DNA of 64,000 bases from Chthoniobacter flavus (GTDB lineage Bacteria > Verrucomicrobiota > Verrucomicrobiia > Chthoniobacterales > JACTMZ01): positions 1,011-65,010 of the forward strand of contig CAMBUL010000005.1 in the NCBI GenBank assembly GCA_945871065.1, given 5' to 3'. The notes beneath the pieces were generated by a model. The model did no database searches. It was given only the letters and a program-made list of their open reading frames with translations, and was not told the origin of the DNA. Position 1 is the first letter of the stretch; the number at the start of each line of letters is the position of its first letter. The translations under genes were made by a program, and so were the position numbers. Positions 55,303 to 63,969 of the stretch are shown piece after piece.

Positions 55303-55827
55303 TTACCCCCCGGATTTGATCGGGCCGAAGACAATCCGCCGGTAGCCTAGGATGACCCGGAAAAATAGATATCGTCCCGCCGACAAACGGTAACCGCTCT
55401 GTTCCTCAATGAAGACGTTGTCTGTCACCAACGCCTTCACGCGCGCCCCTACGAATGGCCGCTGACGGAAGAACTCCTCGATTTCGTCATGCGAAATCCC
55501 TTCGGAGCCCCTCCGATGCAAGTGACGCGTGAGACTCAGCGTCGGACTATCTCCCTCCATTGCGGAGTAAGTGATCACGTAGCAGAACGCAGCCACCCAG
55601 TAGAACAAAGCGAAATAGAGCCATGCAAGCCAAGGTGCGGTTCCCTCATCACCAAACCCGATCCAAGACGAATGCATCGCGACCGCCACCGTCGCCCCGG
55701 CAAAAAACACCATAAAGATCATCAGCAACGCCTTGAGCTGATGCACCGGCACCCGCAACCGCCACAGGCCTAGGTGAAAGAGAAATGCAGCCAAAAGTGT
55801 GGCCACCATCAGAAACAAGACAATCAT
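55303..55827 (-). CDS. hypothetical membrane protein (4 TM + ~70-aa C-terminal domain), paralog of 54648-55193
   Basis: 174-aa ORF with strongly hydrophobic N-terminal two-thirds. The C-terminal part (ISHDEIEEFFRQRPFVGARVKALVTDNVFIEEQSGYRLS) aligns by eye with ITREELRAVYDDELIKEARLQRLLEGGDVIRENGRWKLV. Confidence 0.5.
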   Translation of the reverse strand: MIVLFLMVATLLAAFLFHLGLWRLRVPVHQLKALLMIFMVFFAGATVAVAMHSSWIGFGDEGTAPWLAWLYFALFYWVAAFCYVITYSAMEGDSPTLSLTRHLHRRGSEGISHDEIEEFFRQRPFVGARVKALVTDNVFIEEQSGYRLSAGRYLFFRVILGYRRIVFGPIKSGG

Positions 55828-56268
55828 ACTTTAGTGCATGTCTCTCACGGAGGCACGGGGAGCGCAAAGGCAGGATTCACGGAGGCGAAGCCTTTAACAA
55901 CGCGCGTCAGCGACTAGGTCCACGATGCTACCCGTTTCCAAGCTTTCGGGCGGCCGTAGGTTTCTTCATCCAACGGGAGGGTTTTCATCACGAACATGCA
56001 GACACGAACAGCAGCACGAGCTAAGATGATTCTGGAGGCAATGCTTTCGACTGACTTCGCGCCAAACTCGCCACGACGTGGCAGTGACCCAAACCTGGCT
56101 CTGCCAGACTCTTCCTGTTCCAGCGCCCGCGTGAGCCCCCGTGGGACTGTCCCCCTTCATGGCAGAGTGTAGGTCAACTGGCAGAAGCCAGCCACCAACG
56201 TCAGGCTGGTCGCAAGGAAGACCGACATTCTCGGACCGGGTCTGCTGACGTCCTACGGACGGAGCGAA

Positions 56269-57333
56269 TTACCCACCACTTTTTGAGGTCGTGGATGGAT
56301 CCGGATTCAGGCAACCGGCGTGGGAACTGGCGGTCCCCCCATAGACAGCTTCCACGATGTAGAGAGGACGCAATTTGACCGCCTCATACATTCGTCCGGT
56401 GTATTCGCCGATCACTCCTAGCGCGAGGAGCTGCACCCCGCCGAAGAAGATAACGGTAATCATCATGGCCGGGAAACCAGGAATGAAAAAGCCCGGGTTA
56501 ACCAATTTGATCACAAAGACAATGCCCGCGGCCACGAGCGCGAGGAGAAGGATTCCCAGCGCGAGACAGGTAACGAGCCGCAATGGCACGATGGAGAAGG
56601 ACGTGATCGCGTCGATGGCGAAAGAGATCATTTTTGCGTAGGGATACTTCGACAGCCCGGCAAAGCGGGATTCCCTGTCATAGTAAACCGGCACTTGCAC
56701 CCCGCCGATCCATGCGACCATGCCGCGGATAAACCGGTGCTGTTCTCTCATGCCCCGCAGCACCTTGACCACCCGGCTGTCCATCAGCCGGAAATCACCC
56801 GTGTCCTCAGGGATATGGGTCTTGGTGAGACAGCGCATGAGGCGGTAAAAGGCTCCGGCGGTGAACAACTTCAAGCCCGTCTCCCCACTGCGGTGACGAC
56901 GTTTCCCGTAAGCAACGTCGGCCCCCTTCTCCCACTCTGCCACCATCTCAACAATGACCTCGGGCGGGTCTTGGAGGTCGGAATCGATCAGAACGACAAT
57001 GTCACTTTCCGTGAGATCAAGGCCCGCAGTGACTGCAGCTTGGTGGCCGAAATTGCGCAGGAGATTAACGACTCGAATGCAAGGATCGGCGGCCGCAAGT
57101 GATTTTGCGACTGCCAACGTGCCGTCTCGACTGCCGTCATTAACGAGCAGTATCTCGTGCCGACAGCCGAGAGCAGCGAGCACCTGCTTGGTCCTGCGCG
57201 CGAATTCCGGCAAGCTTTCCGCCTCATTATAGCAAGGCACGACGACGGAAAGTGTCGCCTCGCGTATTGCTCGAGGTGCGCTGTTCAAGGGCGGGAGGGG
57301 CGCGGCCGGCGGCCGACGATGGCGACGTTCCAA
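56269..57333 (-). CDS. polyprenyl-phosphate glycosyltransferase (GtrB/ArnC-like GT2 with two C-terminal TM helices)
   Basis: LSVVVPCYNEAESL, LVNDGSRDGT and DSDLQDPPE, plus C-terminal TM helices (FSIVPLRLVTCLALGILLLALVAAGIVFVI; VIFFGGVQLLALGVIGEY). Confidence 0.8.
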   Translation of the reverse strand: MERRHRRPPAAPLPPLNSAPRAIREATLSVVVPCYNEAESLPEFARRTKQVLAALGCRHEILLVNDGSRDGTLAVAKSLAAADPCIRVVNLLRNFGHQAAVTAGLDLTESDIVVLIDSDLQDPPEVIVEMVAEWEKGADVAYGKRRHRSGETGLKLFTAGAFYRLMRCLTKTHIPEDTGDFRLMDSRVVKVLRGMREQHRFIRGMVAWIGGVQVPVYYDRESRFAGLSKYPYAKMISFAIDAITSFSIVPLRLVTCLALGILLLALVAAGIVFVIKLVNPGFFIPGFPAMMITVIFFGGVQLLALGVIGEYTGRMYEAVKLRPLYIVEAVYGGTASSHAGCLNPDPSTTSKSGG

Positions 57334-58481
57334 CTAAGCGGACGAAGAAAAGGCAGCCACTGGAACAGTTTCCGATCGATCGCTTCGAGGGGCCGGTAGA
57401 TCCGCGCCCACTGGTCGGCCTCATCAATAACCTTTTTCCAGTAGCGCTCCTTGTTCGGGCTTCTGCCTTGCCCCACCGCCATCCAGATGAAGACGAGAAG
57501 CGTCGTGAGCCAGAACCAGCGAACCTCGGCCTGCTCGAACCGGCTAGCGATGGCGCGAACATCACGCAGGCGGAGGGGGTGTTCGTCCGGAGTTCGCACC
57601 TTGGTGGCCAAGGCGCGGTACAGGTTGATGACCGGGTTATATGCCACCGGGTCCCAACTGACAAAGACACCGCCGAGTTTAAGATGTGGAAGCAGTTGAT
57701 CCATCATAGCTTCGATGTCTGCGTGGTGAAGTGTGTTCCCGGTGTAGATGATGTCGAACTGACGATCATGAGGCAGCCCAAGGTCTTCCACCGCGGAGAC
57801 ATGAGTGCGGAGGTTGACTCCGTTGAGTCCTGCGAGCTTTTGAGCCGTGGCGCACATGCCCGGAGAGATGTCGGTCGCAGTCACAGCCGCCCCTTCCAAG
57901 GCGAAATAGACGCTTGCCTCGCCCAGGCCGCAGCCGACATCAAGAAGTTCACGACCACCGAGATCCCCAAGCACGGAACGGATGTGGCGCATCTCCGGAG
58001 CTGTGCATGCCTCGTTGCGACGCCGGATATCGATGGAGGCCACATCCTCACTAGCGGCCCACTCATCGTGAAAATTCTCCTCGGCCAGCTTTCGCCGCTC
58101 GTCGCACGCGGCAGAAGCGCCCCTAGTCGGGAGCCCGGACGCTTTCAGCATGCTTAGAAGCTCCGAATCGAAGAAACTTCGATTAGCCTCCATAACGCGA
58201 TCATCTGCGAAAAGCTGGCCGACAGCCTCTTGATTGACGGCATGCGTGGCCGAGTCACCCCGGGTGTAGAAGCGGGCGGACTTGAGAGTGACGATATGTT
58301 CACCCGGCTGGGGAAAGGTCCAACAGACGCGAACCTGTCTTGGGGCGGGTTGGTCGAAGGCCAACGCCGACATCCAGCGAGCGACTGAATCCGCTTCATT
58401 CCGTGGCAGCCTGTGCTGCAGACGCCAACCGGCAGCGGATAGCTGGTGGACGGCACTTTCGTACAGAATTTTTTTGGGCAT
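57285..58481 (-). CDS. class I SAM-dependent methyltransferase with C-terminal membrane segment
   Basis: LLDVGCGLGEASVYFALEGAAVTATDISPGM motif I/II and a C-terminal hydrophobic stretch RWFWLTTLLVFIWMAVG. Confidence 0.7.
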   Translation of the reverse strand: MPKKILYESAVHQLSAAGWRLQHRLPRNEADSVARWMSALAFDQPAPRQVRVCWTFPQPGEHIVTLKSARFYTRGDSATHAVNQEAVGQLFADDRVMEANRSFFDSELLSMLKASGLPTRGASAACDERRKLAEENFHDEWAASEDVASIDIRRRNEACTAPEMRHIRSVLGDLGGRELLDVGCGLGEASVYFALEGAAVTATDISPGMCATAQKLAGLNGVNLRTHVSAVEDLGLPHDRQFDIIYTGNTLHHADIEAMMDQLLPHLKLGGVFVSWDPVAYNPVINLYRALATKVRTPDEHPLRLRDVRAIASRFEQAEVRWFWLTTLLVFIWMAVGQGRSPNKERYWKKVIDEADQWARIYRPLEAIDRKLFQWLPFLRPLSWNVAIVGRRPRPSRP

Positions 58482-58486
58482 GCCGG

Positions 58487-59722
58487 TCAGTGGGTCGCAG
58501 CCATTTCCAAGGAGCGGCTTTGGCCTGGCAACTCGATGCGTTCCCTCCTCTCGTTGCGGATCCGCTCCGCGATTTCAACCAGCTTCTCGTAGGTGAAAGG
58601 CCATTTCTTGACCGGCGGTGCGGCGAGGAAAAGCTTCACGCGATCCCACTTGGCGGCAAGGTAGCGCATGGCGATCGTCATCTCGGGATAACTGCCGAAC
58701 ATGCATCCTTGGCAGGCCTTCGTCACCCGCAACACCTCGTCACGAAAAACCTTGTCACGGTAGATCTTGGGGAAATCGGCGTCGTAAGTGTGGATCTGCG
58801 AGGGGATGCGGTGGTCGCAACAAGGAGCAAAGTCCCCGTTTGGCAGGACGGCAAAATAAAGATTTGGGCTGTCGCAGACCCCCGCATTCTTCTGCCTCCA
58901 AGTTGTGGGGTCTCCAGCCGCGAAGCGCTTGACGTCATCAAGGTATTGGTCGCTGTCGTAGAGCAGGAACCCTTCGTGCCGCATGGCACGCACTCGCTCT
59001 ACCAAAGTGTTGACATAGGGCAACTCGTCAGGGCGCCATCGTTTGGTCTGGTCGAAAGAACGGAAGCTCATGGGTTTGTCGAAAGTCGTGAGATGGATCG
59101 GCACCAGCGAGGTGAACCAACTGATCTGGGTGCCGAACCGGATGACATCCTCGACGTCGCCTAGGTTGTCGCGCTGGAGCACGCATCCCAGGGAGGCGAA
59201 ACTTCCCTCCTTTGGCAGGAACTGGGTGAAAGAAGCCATGGCTTGGAGCGCGTCATGCCAGGATTTCGTGAATCCACCATTGATTTCATCCTGATTGCCC
59301 GGCCAGAGAGAATCCAAGGATATCGAAATGTCGCGGCCGCCAGCTTCTATGACTTGCTGTATGCGTTCATGCGTGGCAAGGCCGTTTGTCTGCATGCGAA
59401 CATGGACTCCCCTGCTGGTGAACGCACGGATGATCTCGGGCAGATCAAGGCGTGTGAAGGGTTCTCCTCCAGTGAGCAAGACCATCGCCACCCGCATGCG
59501 GGCGAAGTTGTCCGCGATGCGTTTGATCTCATCCAAGGTGCATTCCCGGACGTCGGAATTTGCGTAAATGATGTTGCATTGCTGGCAGGTCAGGTTACAG
59601 CGGGCCGTGATGTAAAACTGGACATAGACCGGGGCGTCCTGAACAAGGGCGGCACGGGCAAGCGTGAGCTTTGAGGAAACAGGGAACATTGGAGGCACTA
59701 CGGTCGCATCGCGAAACGCCAA
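58487..59722 (-). CDS. radical SAM protein with Cys-rich C-terminal (SPASM/twitch-like) extension
   Basis: CNLTCQQCN (CxxxCxxC), GGEPF, and later cysteines (GVCDSP...FAPCCDH...KACQGCMFG). Confidence 0.8.
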   Translation of the reverse strand: MAFRDATVVPPMFPVSSKLTLARAALVQDAPVYVQFYITARCNLTCQQCNIIYANSDVRECTLDEIKRIADNFARMRVAMVLLTGGEPFTRLDLPEIIRAFTSRGVHVRMQTNGLATHERIQQVIEAGGRDISISLDSLWPGNQDEINGGFTKSWHDALQAMASFTQFLPKEGSFASLGCVLQRDNLGDVEDVIRFGTQISWFTSLVPIHLTTFDKPMSFRSFDQTKRWRPDELPYVNTLVERVRAMRHEGFLLYDSDQYLDDVKRFAAGDPTTWRQKNAGVCDSPNLYFAVLPNGDFAPCCDHRIPSQIHTYDADFPKIYRDKVFRDEVLRVTKACQGCMFGSYPEMTIAMRYLAAKWDRVKLFLAAPPVKKWPFTYEKLVEIAERIRNERRERIELPGQSRSLEMAATH

Positions 59723-60576
59723 GTCAACACTGACTGCTCGTCGGGATTCAAAGCCTCACACATGCTGAGCAGCAGCGCCGGCCCCGCCACGATCGGCACT
59801 AGAAGAAGACCGACCGCGTCACGCGCCGCTGAGACGCGCGAGATGCCACGCTTCAAGCGGTAGTAGATATAGTTGTGCCCGGGCATGACGAGGTTAAGCA
59901 GACCTTGAATCCATCCAAACACATTGTAAGGCCAGGAGATCGTAGCGCCTGTGCGCACAAACCCATGGCGGGTGAAAAGTCGATTCAATGAGTCAGGCGT
60001 GAACTGTTGAAGGTGTCCCGGCGGGTCATAGAAAGCATATCGCCGGCCAAGCCAGCGGCACTGCCAGGAAGCAGCATTCGGAACCGAAACAATCACGCAC
60101 CCTCCTCTGGCTAGACGGGTGGAAAGAGTTTCGACCAACTTTTCCAAGGCCGCTGCGGGGAAGTGCTCCAAACTATGCCAAGCCGTGGCGACATCGATGG
60201 GCCCGTCGACGCCGTCGAGACCACCCACAATCTCCAAACCCTGCCGGCGAGCGAAATCCACGGACGGCAGGGATATCTCCACTCCGCAAACACGCTTGAA
60301 GCGGCCGGCCACCGCGATGAGGAAGCGACCCGCGCCGCAGCCGACATCAACCAGAGAGCCATGGCCGCCGTCTGAGAAAGTGGAGAGGACATGGGCTTGG
60401 AATTTCTCCAACCATGAGGGCCGGGAGGCGGTTGGCGACCCAAGGTCGTCATTCACCATAAAGACCTGCTCCTGCCCTGCGACAAGCACTTCGTGGCCGC
60501 AGTTCTCACAGCGCCGGTAGCCGGGAGTTCGCTCGGAAAATCCCGCGCTCCCACAGATGAAACAACCGGTAGTCAC
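59698..60576 (-). CDS. class I SAM-dependent methyltransferase with N-terminal zinc ribbon
   Basis: CFICGSAG...CENCGH and LVDVGCGAGRFL. Confidence 0.7.
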   Translation of the reverse strand: MTTGCFICGSAGFSERTPGYRRCENCGHEVLVAGQEQVFMVNDDLGSPTASRPSWLEKFQAHVLSTFSDGGHGSLVDVGCGAGRFLIAVAGRFKRVCGVEISLPSVDFARRQGLEIVGGLDGVDGPIDVATAWHSLEHFPAAALEKLVETLSTRLARGGCVIVSVPNAASWQCRWLGRRYAFYDPPGHLQQFTPDSLNRLFTRHGFVRTGATISWPYNVFGWIQGLLNLVMPGHNYIYYRLKRGISRVSAARDAVGLLLVPIVAGPALLLSMCEALNPDEQSVLTWRFAMRP

Positions 60577-60579
60577 GGA

Positions 60580-62280
60580 TCAGCGCAAACCGCTCATCAG
60601 CCTTTTCCAAAGCGCCACCGACCATGCGCGAGGTAGCAACCTCGCTGCCAAGGCCATGCCATGGGCTCGAGCAGATACCACCACAGTGCGACTTGCACGC
60701 GGTAATTCTCGCATAATGCGATCGGCGACCTCGCCTGGCTGCATCAATTTTTCCGAATCGAGGCGGCGCACCCCGGCTGTCGCTTGAAAGTTGGTCTGCA
60801 TGCCACCGGGACAAATAGTCAGGATTTCCACACCGCTGCCCGAAATTTCGGCGGCCCAAGCCTCGCCAAGCAGGAGCAGGGCCGCGTTTGACGCAGCGTA
60901 GGATGCCATGCCCGGCAACGGCTGGAACGCAGAGGACGACGAGATAAACACGATCCGCCCGAAGTGCTGGCGTTTCATCGCAGGCAGCGCGGCTTGCGCA
61001 AGGGCCAACCGCGCTTCCAAGTTGACCCGAAACAGCCGGGCGTGGTCCGCCGTCGTTGACGCGTCCACAGTTCCGCGCAGGCCGAGGCCGGCACAAGCGA
61101 TCAACTCGCTCACCGGAAACTCAGTCCACGAGGGAGAATGAAGAAACTCCTGAATCTCTTTCTCGCTCGCGAGATCCAGCACATAGGTGCGAGCATGCGG
61201 GTGCGCGGCTTGCAATTCGGCGATGCCGGCCGCATCGCGGTCGACGAGCAGAATGCGGCGGCGAAGCGGTGCCAGGCGCTCAGCCATCGCCCGCCCCAGT
61301 CCCGAGGCTGCACCGGTGATCACGCACTGGCCAGGCACATCGGTAAGCGGGGCATGCCGGGCCCTCTCGCGGGCAACCACCTCCAGCAATGCTGACCGCG
61401 CCGGCACGCGCAGCTGCCAGCCCAAGGCCCTTAGCGGCGCATCATCCGCCGTAAGCGCCGGCCGGAGCAGCGCTTTCAGTTTGAAGGGAAGCATCCCGGC
61501 CATGGGTTCAAGCCATCCCATCGGCAGCCTGAATGCATCGGGACTCGCCATTTCGAAGACCTCACTCACAGCTACCGGCTCGCCAGAGCAGAAAAATGTG
61601 CGCCCCGCCGCTTCCGGGTGAGTGGAGACGGCGATCACTCCCGCCGCAAGGTCGGTCACATGCACGACGGAGAAGCGACCTGGCCACGCAAACTTCGCGG
61701 GCAGTGCGTTGCGCAGCGCCATCTGCACGAACACAGAAAAATGACTATCGGCGCGCATTTCGCCGCCAACAACCATGCCTGGGCGAACGATGGAAAAAGG
61801 CAACCCAGACACCCGGAAGAGTCGCTCGCACTCGGCCTTGGAGCGCCCGTAAAAAGATGCGGGATGCAGCGGCGAGTCTGCCGACAAAGGGACCCTGCAA
61901 TCATCGCCCGAAGGCCGGTCCACCGCGCCGATGCTGGACACGAGAACAACGCGTTGCAGCTCGGGGCCGGCTGCCTTAGCCGCCTCGAGAATCTTCAGGC
62001 CCCCTTCCACATTGTGCTGTGCCTCCGCACGACTCGACCCGAAGGCAGCGTTCGCCGCGCAGTGAATGATGACCTGAGAACCACTTGCGGCACGCATCCA
62101 ATCACCAGGCAAAGTTACGTCCCCGACGACCTGCTTGACACGAAGCTCGGCAAGCTCCGCGTCAGGCCGGCGAACCAAGCCAGCGACCTCGTGCCCGGCG
62201 GAGCGCAACTGGAGGCAAATAGCGCGACCAACAAACCCGGCTGCTCCCGTGATGAAGAATTTCGGCAAATGTCGGGACAT
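60580..62280 (-). CDS. two-domain SDR fusion: N-terminal extended SDR (epimerase/dehydratase/3beta-HSD-like) + C-terminal classical SDR with YxxxN in place of YxxxK
   Basis: The N-domain has FFITGAAGFVGRAI and YGRSK. The C-domain has CVITGAASGLGRAMAERL, ISSSSA and YAASNAAL. Confidence 0.75.
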   Translation of the reverse strand: MSRHLPKFFITGAAGFVGRAICLQLRSAGHEVAGLVRRPDAELAELRVKQVVGDVTLPGDWMRAASGSQVIIHCAANAAFGSSRAEAQHNVEGGLKILEAAKAAGPELQRVVLVSSIGAVDRPSGDDCRVPLSADSPLHPASFYGRSKAECERLFRVSGLPFSIVRPGMVVGGEMRADSHFSVFVQMALRNALPAKFAWPGRFSVVHVTDLAAGVIAVSTHPEAAGRTFFCSGEPVAVSEVFEMASPDAFRLPMGWLEPMAGMLPFKLKALLRPALTADDAPLRALGWQLRVPARSALLEVVARERARHAPLTDVPGQCVITGAASGLGRAMAERLAPLRRRILLVDRDAAGIAELQAAHPHARTYVLDLASEKEIQEFLHSPSWTEFPVSELIACAGLGLRGTVDASTTADHARLFRVNLEARLALAQAALPAMKRQHFGRIVFISSSSAFQPLPGMASYAASNAALLLLGEAWAAEISGSGVEILTICPGGMQTNFQATAGVRRLDSEKLMQPGEVADRIMRELPRASRTVVVSARAHGMALAARLLPRAWSVALWKRLMSGLR

Positions 62281-62430
62281 TATTCAGGCGTAAGCCTTGC
62301 TACTGAGAAGACTCCGGCTTTTGCTTAGACCCAAGGGGTCAAAATTGACCGAAATCCGCAAGTCCGACTCTCCAATGCCAATCAAGTGTGCTGAACCAGA
62401 CCGGCGGCGAACAAAACAAAGAGGGACCAC

Positions 62431-63969
62431 TTAAGGTGATCCCCGGGGACAAAAAAGCTTGTAGATCATATAGGACTCATCCGTGGAGCCACGCGCTGCA
62501 CCAAGCAAACTTCCTACACTCGAAGGAAGCGAAAGTTCGTATGGAGTGACCAGAATGATGTCCCGCTGATGCTTGGCCATGACATCGCTGACGACTTGCG
62601 ACAACTCTTGCGGCGAAAGCGGTGTCCCCCTGCGCTTCGCGTCAACTTTCGTGAAGGAGCCCATCTCGCCCCTGCTGGCGATATACACTTCTCTTCCGAG
62701 GTAGCCGGACAAGGGAATCATGAGATAATCGGGGTCACCAACGACCACGGTGTCTGGGCCGCCTGTTTCGCTTATGATCCGGGCCGCATCTCGGCTGCCG
62801 GAAAAAGGAACGAGGTGCTCTTGCGCAAGCAAAAGCGCCGCGACAGAAACATGAACAGCGAGGACAGCAGTCAGCACCGACCCGGCCCCTGCTCGAAGCC
62901 ACTCCCTCCAACGAGCACCATCCTCAGCCAATCGACCCATCGCCGAGTCGCGCAGGTAAATCCAATAAGAGAGCACGGCTAGGATGAAATACGGGCCATG
63001 GTAACGCATCGCCGTCCAAGGAAGGTGGCAAAGCAACATCCCGACTCCCAACAAGCCGATCAGAAACAGGAACAACGCGGTTCTCGATGTCGCAATCACG
63101 CAAGCGATCAAGGCTGCAACTCCTATACTAAGAAAGACTTGGAGCCAAGGCCACGGGTCGAGAACCTGTGAATTCCATCTGCCGAAAATCGGAACTGGTA
63201 ACCAGGCACGGATAGGAAACGCGAGACTCTCGCCCAATCGCGCTAGATGCGAGTCTGTGCGGAGGTCCTGCCCGAGAATAATCGGGGTGATCTCGGGCGG
63301 CGGAATCATCGTGGTCACGGCCGCCACGAAACTGACGATGACGACAGCGGTTCCTAGCCACAGTTGGGGATCCCTTAAACTTGATCGAGTCAATCGTCCG
63401 TTTCGCCATGAATCAAAGGCAAAAGTCAGCGCGAGAGCACAGCCCAAGGCCAGCCCAAAGGGATTGGTTTGGAACAGCAAAGCGACAACCACGCAGAAGA
63501 GCAACGGACGCCACTTACGCGAACACAAAACCACGCAGCAGCCGATGCTGAGCGCAAGGATGACGGAATAATCCCGAAGTATCGTCCCATACTCGTAAAG
63601 GGTAAAGTATCCGAATGAAAAAAGGATTTTCTGAAGTCTGCTGAGAGGTGCGTAACGACACAGCAGAAAAACTCCGATGGTGGAGATGAGAACAATGGCG
63701 AACTTGAAAAGCAACAGGCTGTCGTCAAGTTGAACAAGAATCCAAGCGAAAGAGAAATACGCCAGCCGGCCAATGTATTTGATGTGCTCAAAAAATTCTG
63801 CGTAGCCAGATGTGTGTTTGCTAACGACGAGGGGCATCCACTCGTCGCGCCACATCACGTGTCTGGTGGCAAAAAAAAGATTAACTACAAAAAAGACGCC
63901 CGCCGTGCACCAGGCGAAAAGGGCTCCAGCTGGATCCTGCTCTTGTTTGGCTTTTGGTTTGTTTATCAT
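62431..63969 (-). CDS. polytopic membrane protein, possible GT-C-type glycosyltransferase or polymerase
   Basis: 512 aa with about 11 TM helices followed by a ~110-aa C-terminal soluble domain. No diagnostic motif was recognised, and the gene is visibly more A/T-rich than its neighbours. Confidence 0.45.
   Translation of the reverse strand: MINKPKAKQEQDPAGALFAWCTAGVFFVVNLFFATRHVMWRDEWMPLVVSKHTSGYAEFFEHIKYIGRLAYFSFAWILVQLDDSLLLFKFAIVLISTIGVFLLCRYAPLSRLQKILFSFGYFTLYEYGTILRDYSVILALSIGCCVVLCSRKWRPLLFCVVVALLFQTNPFGLALGCALALTFAFDSWRNGRLTRSSLRDPQLWLGTAVVIVSFVAAVTTMIPPPEITPIILGQDLRTDSHLARLGESLAFPIRAWLPVPIFGRWNSQVLDPWPWLQVFLSIGVAALIACVIATSRTALFLFLIGLLGVGMLLCHLPWTAMRYHGPYFILAVLSYWIYLRDSAMGRLAEDGARWREWLRAGAGSVLTAVLAVHVSVAALLLAQEHLVPFSGSRDAARIISETGGPDTVVVGDPDYLMIPLSGYLGREVYIASRGEMGSFTKVDAKRRGTPLSPQELSQVVSDVMAKHQRDIILVTPYELSLPSSVGSLLGAARGSTDESYMIYKLFCPRGSP

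Noticed and set aside
62337-62350. Inverted repeat GGTCAA-AA-TTGACC in the 150-nt gap upstream of the double-SDR gene, considered as a possible operator.
   Set aside because: It is a 6-bp half-site pair occurring once, with no regulator gene nearby. This is too short to distinguish from chance.
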